Positions 1 to 8,278 of a stretch of 29,649 nt of DNA are shown in pieces. The stretch comes from a virus (Duplodnaviria; Caudoviricetes). The stretch covers positions 1-29,649 of IMG/VR virus record IMGVR_UViG_3300042446_002478. The stretch is one strand, 5' to 3'. The translations under genes were made by a program, and so were the position numbers. Position 1 is the first letter of the stretch; the number at the start of each line of letters is the position of its first letter. Below the pieces are notes generated by a model. It saw only the letters and a program-made list of their open reading frames with translations. It was not told where the DNA came from and did no database searches.

Positions 1-209
1 AACTAAATCGTCAAGAGTTATCAGTAGAGGCCAACGAACCTGAACCAGTTTCTCCTGAAGATGATCCATTTGAAGCTGAGAGATTAGAAAGAGAACAACA
101 ACTCAATGATGAACCAGTGGAGTTTGAACCTGCAGATGTCAGTGCCGACGATGACCCATTTGAAGCTGAAAGATTAGAAAGAGAACAACAACTAAATCGG
201 CAAGAATTG
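1..209 (+). repeat. Coding direct repeats DDPFEAERLEREQQLN (60-107 and 150-197) plus a partial third copy at the window start
   Basis: gatgatccatttgaagctgagagattagaaagagaacaacaactcaat at 60-107 matches gatgacccatttgaagctgaaagattagaaagagaacaacaactaaat at 150-197 (90-nt offset); aactaaatcgtcaagagtt at 1-19 matches aactaaatcggcaagaatt at 190-208. Confidence 0.9.
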
Positions 210-1172
210 GCCGAGACCGCAACCGAAGCTGAACCAGTGGATGCCTCACAAGATCCTGGGTTGTCTGATCAAGAAATTCTTGCACGACAAAATCCCGGCG
301 GCCTGTCTGATGAAGAAATACTTGATCGACAAGCAAATGCTGCACAAAAAAGTGCTATCAATCAGGCCACACTGCAAGCTCGATACAAACAACCCCAGAA
401 CGAAGACTGGCGTGTTCGACTGAGTCTCAGCATAGGCGCCAACTACTTGTACAAAGATCCTAGCCCAGGCATACTAGCCCCGCTGGTCAAAACAGACGGT
501 GTGGTATTCCCCTACACTCCCACCATTGACACCAGTTATGTGGCAAACTATACCAAAACTGATCTTGTACATTCCAACTATCGAGGTGCATTTTATCAAA
601 ATAGCTCAGTACAGGATGTCAGCATTCGTGGCATGTTTACTGCACAAGACACCAGCGAAGCTGCGTACATGTTGGCAGTGATACATTTCTTTCGATCAGT
701 GACCAAGATGTTCTACGGTAAAGATTCACAACGAGGTGCACCGCCACCCTTGGTGTATCTGTCAGGATTTGGTGATTATCAGTTTGCCGGCCATCCTTGT
801 GTGGTCACTAACTTTGCCTACACTTTACCCAGTGATGTGGACTATATTCGTGCCAACAATCCCAACAACTACGGCACTGACCTGCTGAATCGCCGTGATG
901 CGGCCTTAAGCTCTCCAACTCCATTCAGCGGACAACAAGCACGACAAGATATTTTGAAGTCTGTGGGAGTTTTCTTTGGTGCACCTCCTAGCAAGCCAAC
1001 TCAGTCACCAGTTTCTCAAACGGTGACCAACACTAACAGAGCCACGTATGTTCCTACAAAAATTGAAATCAGCATCACACTGTTGCCAATGCAGACTCGG
1101 GATCAAATCAGCAAGCAGTTCAGTGTCAAAGATTTTGCCAATGGCAAATTAATTCAAGGAGGGTTCTGGTAA
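3..1172 (+). CDS. Putative baseplate tail-tube initiator/cap protein (T4 gp48/gp54-like or CIS tube-like) with acidic repeat-rich N-terminal extension; 5'-truncated
   Basis: The frame is open from nt 3 (LNRQELSVEANEPEPV...), so the GTG at 117 is probably not the true start. The globular part starts at DWRVRLSL (405) and has FPYTPTI...HSNY...IRGMFTAQ...HFFRSVTKMFYG...GAPPPLVYLSGFG...PCVVTNF...DVDYI, resembling tube-fold baseplate proteins. It lies directly before a gp53/LysM-like gene. The CDS is secure; the product is moderately supported. Confidence 0.6.
   Translation, partial: LNRQELSVEANEPEPVSPEDDPFEAERLEREQQLNDEPVEFEPADVSADDDPFEAERLEREQQLNRQELAETATEAEPVDASQDPGLSDQEILARQNPGGLSDEEILDRQANAAQKSAINQATLQARYKQPQNEDWRVRLSLSIGANYLYKDPSPGILAPLVKTDGVVFPYTPTIDTSYVANYTKTDLVHSNYRGAFYQNSSVQDVSIRGMFTAQDTSEAAYMLAVIHFFRSVTKMFYGKDSQRGAPPPLVYLSGFGDYQFAGHPCVVTNFAYTLPSDVDYIRANNPNNYGTDLLNRRDAALSSPTPFSGQQARQDILKSVGVFFGAPPSKPTQSPVSQTVTNTNRATYVPTKIEISITLLPMQTRDQISKQFSVKDFANGKLIQGGFW
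255..332 (+). repeat. Second coding repeat: PGLSDQEILARQ / PGGLSDEEILDRQ (42-nt period)
   Basis: ttgtctgatcaagaaattcttgcacgacaa (261-290) versus ctgtctgatgaagaaatacttgatcgacaa (303-332). Confidence 0.8.
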
Positions 1173-1474
1173 TGGCCGCCACCTACGACGCAACAAGTCC
1201 CTATTACGCAACACCATTCTCCCAGTTTTATCTGGACAGCATGACCAATCGCCCTATTCCCAAAGAAGACGACGATCTGCAATTCACTATCAACTTGACA
1301 TATCAGTATCGTCCTGACTTGTTGGCCTATGATCTATATGCCACTGGAGCATTGTGGTGGGTGTTCTATCAACGCAACCCCAATACCCTGACCAAACCAC
1401 CCTTGGATTTTGTGGCCAATACCACCATCTACTTGCCCAAATTAACCACGCTGCGATCAGCACTGGGATTCTAA
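1172..1474 (+). CDS. gp53: Baseplate wedge protein, T4 gp53-like / LysM-type (100 aa)
   Basis: YRPDLLAYDLYATGALWWVFYQRNP matches the RPD-x-LA-x-x-LY...LWW...N signature of gp53/LysM-like baseplate proteins; TAATG overlap with the upstream gene and a GGAGG RBS near 1158-1162. Confidence 0.8.
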   Translation: MAATYDATSPYYATPFSQFYLDSMTNRPIPKEDDDLQFTINLTYQYRPDLLAYDLYATGALWWVFYQRNPNTLTKPPLDFVANTTIYLPKLTTLRSALGF

Positions 1475-1477
1475 AGC

Positions 1478-4400
1478 ATGGCCACATTTCTTGAAAGTGA
1501 AGTTGCTAGACTCAAGATTGACATTGAACTTGTCATAGCGGACATTCAACTACTTGAACAAGGATTGCAAGAACCTGGGTTGTCTTCTCTTCGACAAGCA
1601 AGTCTTCGATCTAATCTAACACGTAACCAAACTCGATTGGCATCTTTGCAAGGTCAATTGGCCAAGGCTGAAGCAGCAGTTGCACAAGCAGCCGCTGCGC
1701 CAGCACCTGAGCCGCAACCGCCAGCTACAGCCAGCCAAACAGTACAAGCAGATGGTCCACAAGGTCCTACCAAATCACCAGTACAAGAAGTGGGCACTGA
1801 TGGACGAGTGGTTGCAGCACCTCCAGTTACACCAGCAACCAATGCCACACCCACAGAAACAACCGCCACCAATGTTGAAACCAACACCAATCCTGAAACA
1901 GTAACTTTAGCACAAAGTCAGGCCACTACTCCACAAACACTTGCCGGACAACCGCTGAAAGCACCGGCTGTTGGTGCCAGCGCTGAAGGTAATGCTGGGG
2001 AAGCCGAAGCACAGGCGCAGTTGTCTGTTGGCCAAGGTGCAGCAAGTGCAGATGCTGCACCTACTTCTCCACAAGCAACGCAAGCAGCAGTTGATGCAGC
2101 CTACAACACAGCAGTCAAAATCAAGCCGCAGGACAATGTACTGGACAAATTTTCCAGTTACACATACACTGCATCTGTGTATCTATTGACGCCGCCACAG
2201 TATGAAAAACTGCTAAACAGCAAAGATAAAAAAGTAAACGGTTATCAGCTGTTGTTTCAAAGTGGAGGCGCTGGCAACAACATAGGCGGCCCACAAGGTG
2301 CCAGTAAACCTGGCGGCAACGGAATAATTCCAGACACAACTGGTCCAGATGCTGGACGAAATCCTTTCTTTGACCATGACTTTTACATTGACTCTATAAC
2401 CATGGACAATGCGCTGCCTGGCAAACAAACTGGTGCAGCACACATGGTCACCGACATCAAGTTCACAGTGATTGAACCCATGGGTATAACGCTGATAGAT
2501 CGACTGTATGATGCAGTAAAAGACATAGCACCCAAGAATGGTGCCGGAGTAGTAAACTACAGTGCTGCAACTTATCTCATGGTAATACGATTTTTTGGAT
2601 ACGATGAAAACGGTCAACTGGTCACACCTGGCCAACCGGCCAACAGCAGCACCAGCAATCCCAAAGCAGTGGTTGAAAAGTTTGTTCCTTTCCTGATCAA
2701 AAAAATCAACTGGGGAGTGGGCAACAAATTGGTACAATACGATTTTGAATGTGCGCCAGTTGGCCAGCTGATTGGTTCAACCACTGCTCGTGGCACAATT
2801 CCCTATGACATTGAACTAACTGATTCAACTGTGGGTGGCGTGTTGGCTGGTTCAGCCAAATACGGAGGCGGTACACCAGCTGTTAATACACCAGCCACAA
2901 CAGGAGCATTCCGCGGCCAGAGATCCGATGTGCCATCAGCCACAACAGGAGCATTCCGCGGCCAGAGATCTGACGTGCCACCAGCCAAAGCAAACTCTGC
3001 TCCATCAAGTAAAAAAACAATTACTCAAGGCCTCATGGATGCCATGAACACTTTTCAACAAGACCTGGTTCAGCGCAATACCTACAGTATTCCAGACGAA
3101 TATGAAATAGAGTTTGCACCTGGCGCAGAAGCAATTAGAGATGCTACTATTGTTCTCAGTAACAATAAAAAAGTTGACAAAAAAGGCGTGCCGCAAAATC
3201 AACCAGCCACTGTGGCCGGAGGTTCGGCTCTAGATCCAGCACGCCAAGCTGTTGACCTGGCACAACGAAATATGTCTATCACTGCTGGTCAACAGATTGT
3301 GCAAGCAATTGAACTGGCTATTCGCAACAGCAGTTACGTATACAATCAAAGTTTGCTTATTACCAAACCTGACGGCAGCCAAGAAACCAATCCCACTGCA
3401 CGAAACACCCCAATGAAATGGTTTTTGATTTCAATGAGCGCTATCCCCAGCGAAAACATAGATCCGTTGCGCAACGACCATGCATACAAAATCAAATACA
3501 CCATTAGTTCTTATGATGTTCCCAACTTTGACAGTAGATATTTTCCAGTCACACAATTTCCTGGGCTCCACAAACAATACAATTACTGGTTTACTGGACA
3601 AAACAATGCAGTAATAGATTATCAAGCACAGTTCAACAGCTACTACAATGTCACAGTGAGTGGTTCAACCCCTGAGGACAGTGCTAATCAAAAAATACGT
3701 GAGAAGTATACATCCAGCATGAGAGACATCCCACGATATGTGTACATGGCCAGAAGCACTGAAAGTGGTGCAGGTGCACCGGGCAAAAGCAACGAAGTAA
3801 GTTCAAACGCTGCTGAGTATTTGTACAGCCCAAGCGACTTGCACACAGCCAAGATAAAAATTATAGGTGATCCATCCTGGATACAACAAGGAAGTTTGTA
3901 CCGAGCCATCACTGACAAAACATTTACTGGAGTTGATGTCACACCGGGATTTTTAGCAGACGGAACCATTGATTTTGACAGCAGTCAAGTGCTGATTGAA
4001 CTTGCGTGGCAACGGCCTGAAGATTATGATCTAACCACAGGTTTGGCTGATCCTTATGCTAAAACTCAAAAAAAGTACGGCGAACGTCGCCCGTTACAAA
4101 GCAACGTGTATCAGATCACAAAAGTAACCAGCGAGTTTCGTCAAGGCAAATTTGAACAAATGCTACATGGTAGTTTGTATTTCTTTCCCAAACCTGATGG
4201 CAGCAATGCTGTAACAGGCAATGCCGGTGCAGCAGTGGCATCCACTAGGCCGGCGCAAACAACTCGACCAGCTAATCAACCAAATCAAACAGCCGCTACT
4301 CAATTAAGAACCGGTGTTGATTTGACCAATGCATCAGCAGGCGGCGGCCGCGGCGACGGACAAGCACAACTGTTGGCCGAACGAGCTCGCTTGGCTGGTG

Positions 4401-4852
4401 CTAGCACCAACGCTGGTAATCCTACCAGCAGCCTGGCTCGAGGCACGCAGGCCCTGCTGAATCCACCAACTGTGTTGCCAGACGCAACCGATGGTCAATT
4501 ACGGGGAACTCCAGAATACAACGCCGCAAGAAGAAGTGGGCAAACAGACTCTGCAGCCATACAATCTGCTAGGACCAGTTTTGCAGCAACAGCCGGCGGC
4601 AGTCCTGTGAGCAGCAACGGCCAGGCAATTGCTACTGGCACAGGAACTAGCCCACCAACATTGCCAGCTGTTGCACCAGGACAAAACACTCTTACTACCG
4701 AACAACGAGCTGAAATTAATCAAAGACGAATAGCTGCGGCCGAAGCAAGATTGGCCCAGCGAGAAGCAAGTAACGAACAACGTTTGGCAGCCAGCGGCAC
4801 ACCGGTAAGTAGCAGTGCTCCCCGCAATCAAAAGATTGCCAAAGACTATTAA
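1478..4852 (+). CDS. Putative baseplate hub protein (gp27/gpD-like core) with long low-complexity N- and C-terminal arms (1124 aa)
   Basis: Lies between gp53-like and gp5-like genes. The globular core (~2126-4190) ends in KIKIIGDP...YQITKVTSEFRQGKFEQML, resembling hub C-terminal barrels. It is flanked by ~215-220-aa A/T/P/Q-rich arms and an N-terminal heptad-like helix. Confidence 0.6.
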   Translation: MATFLESEVARLKIDIELVIADIQLLEQGLQEPGLSSLRQASLRSNLTRNQTRLASLQGQLAKAEAAVAQAAAAPAPEPQPPATASQTVQADGPQGPTKSPVQEVGTDGRVVAAPPVTPATNATPTETTATNVETNTNPETVTLAQSQATTPQTLAGQPLKAPAVGASAEGNAGEAEAQAQLSVGQGAASADAAPTSPQATQAAVDAAYNTAVKIKPQDNVLDKFSSYTYTASVYLLTPPQYEKLLNSKDKKVNGYQLLFQSGGAGNNIGGPQGASKPGGNGIIPDTTGPDAGRNPFFDHDFYIDSITMDNALPGKQTGAAHMVTDIKFTVIEPMGITLIDRLYDAVKDIAPKNGAGVVNYSAATYLMVIRFFGYDENGQLVTPGQPANSSTSNPKAVVEKFVPFLIKKINWGVGNKLVQYDFECAPVGQLIGSTTARGTIPYDIELTDSTVGGVLAGSAKYGGGTPAVNTPATTGAFRGQRSDVPSATTGAFRGQRSDVPPAKANSAPSSKKTITQGLMDAMNTFQQDLVQRNTYSIPDEYEIEFAPGAEAIRDATIVLSNNKKVDKKGVPQNQPATVAGGSALDPARQAVDLAQRNMSITAGQQIVQAIELAIRNSSYVYNQSLLITKPDGSQETNPTARNTPMKWFLISMSAIPSENIDPLRNDHAYKIKYTISSYDVPNFDSRYFPVTQFPGLHKQYNYWFTGQNNAVIDYQAQFNSYYNVTVSGSTPEDSANQKIREKYTSSMRDIPRYVYMARSTESGAGAPGKSNEVSSNAAEYLYSPSDLHTAKIKIIGDPSWIQQGSLYRAITDKTFTGVDVTPGFLADGTIDFDSSQVLIELAWQRPEDYDLTTGLADPYAKTQKKYGERRPLQSNVYQITKVTSEFRQGKFEQMLHGSLYFFPKPDGSNAVTGNAGAAVASTRPAQTTRPANQPNQTAATQLRTGVDLTNASAGGGRGDGQAQLLAERARLAGASTNAGNPTSSLARGTQALLNPPTVLPDATDGQLRGTPEYNAARRSGQTDSAAIQSARTSFAATAGGSPVSSNGQAIATGTGTSPPTLPAVAPGQNTLTTEQRAEINQRRIAAAEARLAQREASNEQRLAASGTPVSSSAPRNQKIAKDY
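2892..2987 (+). repeat. 45-bp in-frame tandem duplication (ATTGAFRGQRSDVP x2)
   Basis: cagccacaacaggagcattccgcggccagagatccgatgtgccat (2892-2936) versus cagccacaacaggagcattccgcggccagagatctgacgtgccac (2937-2981); 42/45 identical. Confidence 0.95.
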
Positions 4853-4861
4853 GGATAACAC

Positions 4862-6382
4862 ATGGCAGAAAGCGTATCGCGCAGTAGAGGTCGCCCCAGT
4901 AATTACAAACAAGACAGGGGCGGCGTACCTGCGGAATTTGGTCCATTTGAAGGCATTGTAAAATCCAATGTGGATCCAACCAGATCTGGCCGCCTGCAAG
5001 TGTTTATTGAAGCGTTTACCGACGGCGGTGAAGCAGCAGAAAATGATGATACCAAATGGACCACAGTAAGTTACATGCAGCAGTTTGGCGGGTACACACC
5101 TGCTAGTGTCAGCAGCGGTACCAACAGTGAAATTGGCACGTATCCTGGCAATCAAAACAGCTATGGCATGTGGTTCACACCTCCAGATCTTGGCGTTAGA
5201 GTCCTGTGCGTCTTTGTCAACGGTGATCGCTCACAGGGTTATTATATTGGTACGGTGCCTGAACAAGGACTTGGTAGTATGTTGCCTGGCGTGGCCTCTG
5301 CGTCAACCTACGATATAGGCAAAAATGAAAATCAACAAAAATATTTTGCTGCTGCAACCAGATTGCCAGTCACTGAAATCAACACCGACAACAAAGCAGT
5401 GTTCAATGATCCGCAATTTTTTAATCAACGCAAACCAGTACACAGCTATGTTGCTGGTGCATTGTTCCAACAAGGCCTGATTGAGGACATTGAACGTGGC
5501 ACCATACGCAGTTCAAGCCAACGAGAAACTCCCAGCGCAGTTTACGGTGTAAGCACTCCTGGCATGCCAATATATCAGGGTGGCCTAAAGCCCAATGACA
5601 TTCGTAAAAAGATCAATGACGGTTCTATCAAACCAAATCAAGCACAAGTGATTGGCCGCATTGGCGGACACAGTTTGGTAATGGACGACGGTGACCTCGA
5701 AGGCGACAATGCCTTGTTCCGATTACGAACATCAAAAGGTCACCAGATTACCATGAGTGACACTGGCAACTTTTTCTACATTACACATGCCAACGGACAA
5801 ACTTGGTTGGAATTTGGTCTTGAAGGCACAGTTGATGTGTATGCCACCAACAGTGTAAACATCAGAACCAAAGGCGACATCAACTTGCATGCTGACCGAG
5901 ACATCAGTATGTTTGCTGGTCGAAATATCAAAATGAAAAGCAACGAAGCTATTCATGCAGAAGCAACCACCACCATGACGCTGACATCACAAGGCGACTT
6001 CACTGCCTACAGCAAAAGTACAATTGGTGTCAAAGCTGACGGAGTACTAACCATCAACAGCAGCAGTGGATCCTGGGGGTCAGGATCAGCTCTGACACTG
6101 CAAGCTGGTGCTATTGATTTAAACGGACCAGCTGCTGGAAAAGTTGCCTCACCCAACCCAATAACAAAAACACTAATGGATGACACTGAATTTGATACCA
6201 GCCTGGGCTGGATAGTCAAACCAGATGGCCTAGAAAGTATTGTTAACCGAGCACCCACTCACGAACCGTATCCTTATCACAACAAAGGTGTGGATGTTGT
6301 TGTGCAGTTTGAGGACGGCAAACCATCGCCACCTCCGGGAGCAGAACCTGTGCCTGCTGGCGTAGAGATTGTGGCAAAATAA
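4862..6382 (+). CDS. gp5: Baseplate central spike, gp5/VgrG-like (N-terminal OB-fold plus beta-helix; no T4-type lysozyme domain) (506 aa)
   Basis: DPTRSGRLQVFI...YGMWFTPPDLGVRVLCVFVNGD...GYYIG is a Gp5 OB-fold signature; GGHSLVMDD, RTSKGHQITMSD and later short beta-strand repeats fit a beta-helix; AGGA RBS in taaggataacacATG. Confidence 0.85.
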   Translation: MAESVSRSRGRPSNYKQDRGGVPAEFGPFEGIVKSNVDPTRSGRLQVFIEAFTDGGEAAENDDTKWTTVSYMQQFGGYTPASVSSGTNSEIGTYPGNQNSYGMWFTPPDLGVRVLCVFVNGDRSQGYYIGTVPEQGLGSMLPGVASASTYDIGKNENQQKYFAAATRLPVTEINTDNKAVFNDPQFFNQRKPVHSYVAGALFQQGLIEDIERGTIRSSSQRETPSAVYGVSTPGMPIYQGGLKPNDIRKKINDGSIKPNQAQVIGRIGGHSLVMDDGDLEGDNALFRLRTSKGHQITMSDTGNFFYITHANGQTWLEFGLEGTVDVYATNSVNIRTKGDINLHADRDISMFAGRNIKMKSNEAIHAEATTTMTLTSQGDFTAYSKSTIGVKADGVLTINSSSGSWGSGSALTLQAGAIDLNGPAAGKVASPNPITKTLMDDTEFDTSLGWIVKPDGLESIVNRAPTHEPYPYHNKGVDVVVQFEDGKPSPPPGAEPVPAGVEIVAK

Positions 6383-8257
6383 ATGAGTAATTTTACATTT
6401 TCTCTAGCAAGTGTTGGTGCTAGTACCGGCACTGAGATCAACACCAGTTTCTATTCAAAAACAAAAGACGAAGATCTAACCTATACCGGAAATGATACTG
6501 TAGTTTGGGATAGAGTCAATAGTGAACGACTTCGTCGAGGCCTGCCTGGGCTAGCATCTTTGGGATATCCACGGCCGCCGGAAGATGTTGCTACTACTCC
6601 AGCAGCTGGCCCAGCCAATAGTGGTGCAAGCACTTTTGAAATCAAGGGCCCACCAGGCATGACATTTGAACAAGCCAAGGCCATATTTGACAAACAAGTA
6701 AAAACTGGTGCGCTGGTAGGATTCAAATCAGGTGATACACTAAGTGCTGCCACACAAGCCGCTGATGGGCTAGCTTCTGCTCAAGCACAATTAACACAAG
6801 GTTTAACTGGGGTTTCAGGAGTAAACACAGGAAATTTTGCTTCTGCATTGGCTGCTGGCGGAGTTGATTTAAGAACAGGGCGTATAGCATCAGTGGATGC
6901 TGCCTTTGCCAGCGGTGGTTTGCCTGCTGCTGGAGGGGCCTTAGGTACTTCAATAAACAGTGCAGCATTTGCTATTGGCAGCGCAGGCGGAGCACTGAAT
7001 GGATCTTTGGCAGGCATATCAGCTGGTCTTTCAGGAGCAGTTGGTCCTGCGGTATCATCGGTTAGCGGCGTACTAACTGGTGCCACTGGTCAGATTGGAT
7101 CAGTGGCAACTCAAGCAATTAGCACAATCAACAAATCTATCACAAGCACAGCCGTAACCTCACCTATTGATGTGGCAGATTTTGCCAAGCAAATTCCTGC
7201 ATTAACATCAATCGAAGGAATGGCACAACCAGAAGTCACTGCGGTGCTGGCCCAGGCCAAGAATCTTGTGGCACAAGGCCCAGCAGTGTTAAGCAATACC
7301 AAGGGAGTTGGTGAGTTTGGTCTCAGTGTTAGTCAACTTGAAAAAGCTGGCGTGCTCAAACCGGGTATGGCTGCGCTAGCAGACAAATTTAGCGCTAGCC
7401 TCAGCGCTGTGTTAAAAAGTCCAGCGGCATACACTGGCAAAGATGGAATCAAAGATGTTTCCAGTTTGTTGGCAAGTGTTCCCAAGCAAACAGAGATACA
7501 ACAAACTCTAATGGCTCAAGGACTTAATGATCTCAAAGCAATTGGTATTCCCATAGACAAATTGAGTGCTCAAGGTGTAGCTGGTGTGGCATTGAGTGCT
7601 GCCAAAAGTGTGCCCAACACAGAAAGTTTATTAAAAAATTTGCCAGTTCCGGATGCTGTCAAAGCAGAGTTTGACACCGCGGTACGAGACGGTGCATATG
7701 CAGTAAACTTGTCTCAGACCAAGGTGCCTGATGTGTTTAAAGCAGTAGACACACCAGTTCCGGCAACAGATACTACCAACCGAACAACTGTTGACGCTGC
7801 AACCACACGAGTGCTTGGCAATGACAAAATTCCTGAACCCAATTACGGCCCTGGTACAAAAGACAGTTTAACCGATGATGCATTTGCTGACAAGTATACT
7901 TTGCTATATGCTGATGTTCTCAACAACTACGTCAACCCAACAGGTCGTATATTCCAGTCAGTGGAAAACAAAATATCAGCTTTGCAAAATCAGCAAACTA
8001 TCACTTTGGCGCAATGGGAAGCAATCAACTCTGAATTTCAGGCAGCACGAGACAAATACAACGCTCAAGCTCCTGACAAAATTGGAGAATTAAATTCCTT
8101 TGTTGAATCAGGTACAACTAGACAGCAACGTATTATCAATGACGAACGACTAAGTTTTTCATTAACCAAATTGCAAAATTTAATTCAGTATTTGCTTAAA
8201 ACCACTGCCGAAATCAAAGAACAATTGCGTTTGCTGCGTGGCAAGATCCAAGGGTAA
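6383..8257 (+). CDS. Spike-associated virion protein: Gly/Ala-rich uncharged segment, degenerate lysozyme-like domain, helical C-terminus (624 aa)
   Basis: Long ORF between gp5 and gp25. GVGEFGLSVSQLEKAGVLKPG...YTGKDGI...LL...Q recalls the G-K-Y-Q-F...LE-x-A-G...W-T-G-K-x-G pattern I associate with lysozyme-like virion domains (recalled, unverified). The CDS is secure; the function is tentative. Confidence 0.5.
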   Translation: MSNFTFSLASVGASTGTEINTSFYSKTKDEDLTYTGNDTVVWDRVNSERLRRGLPGLASLGYPRPPEDVATTPAAGPANSGASTFEIKGPPGMTFEQAKAIFDKQVKTGALVGFKSGDTLSAATQAADGLASAQAQLTQGLTGVSGVNTGNFASALAAGGVDLRTGRIASVDAAFASGGLPAAGGALGTSINSAAFAIGSAGGALNGSLAGISAGLSGAVGPAVSSVSGVLTGATGQIGSVATQAISTINKSITSTAVTSPIDVADFAKQIPALTSIEGMAQPEVTAVLAQAKNLVAQGPAVLSNTKGVGEFGLSVSQLEKAGVLKPGMAALADKFSASLSAVLKSPAAYTGKDGIKDVSSLLASVPKQTEIQQTLMAQGLNDLKAIGIPIDKLSAQGVAGVALSAAKSVPNTESLLKNLPVPDAVKAEFDTAVRDGAYAVNLSQTKVPDVFKAVDTPVPATDTTNRTTVDAATTRVLGNDKIPEPNYGPGTKDSLTDDAFADKYTLLYADVLNNYVNPTGRIFQSVENKISALQNQQTITLAQWEAINSEFQAARDKYNAQAPDKIGELNSFVESGTTRQQRIINDERLSFSLTKLQNLIQYLLKTTAEIKEQLRLLRGKIQG

Positions 8258-8265
8258 TAGTTACT

Positions 8266-8273
8266 GGTAAATA
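8266..8273 (+). promoter_or_regulatory. Putative late promoter (GGTAAATA, T4 TATAAATA-like)
   Basis: TAAATA in a 21-nt intergenic gap, ending 5 nt before the gp25 ATG; the same octamer recurs at 27276. Confidence 0.65.
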
Positions 8274-8278
8274 CGCAC

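Noticed and set aside
117-119. GTG start at 117 for the first ORF
   Set aside because: The frame is open and the repeats continue to the window edge, so the gene most likely starts upstream.
1-209. Repeats with intervening sequence resembling a CRISPR array
   Set aside because: They are in-frame coding repeats differing at synonymous positions, with irregular spacing and no cas genes.
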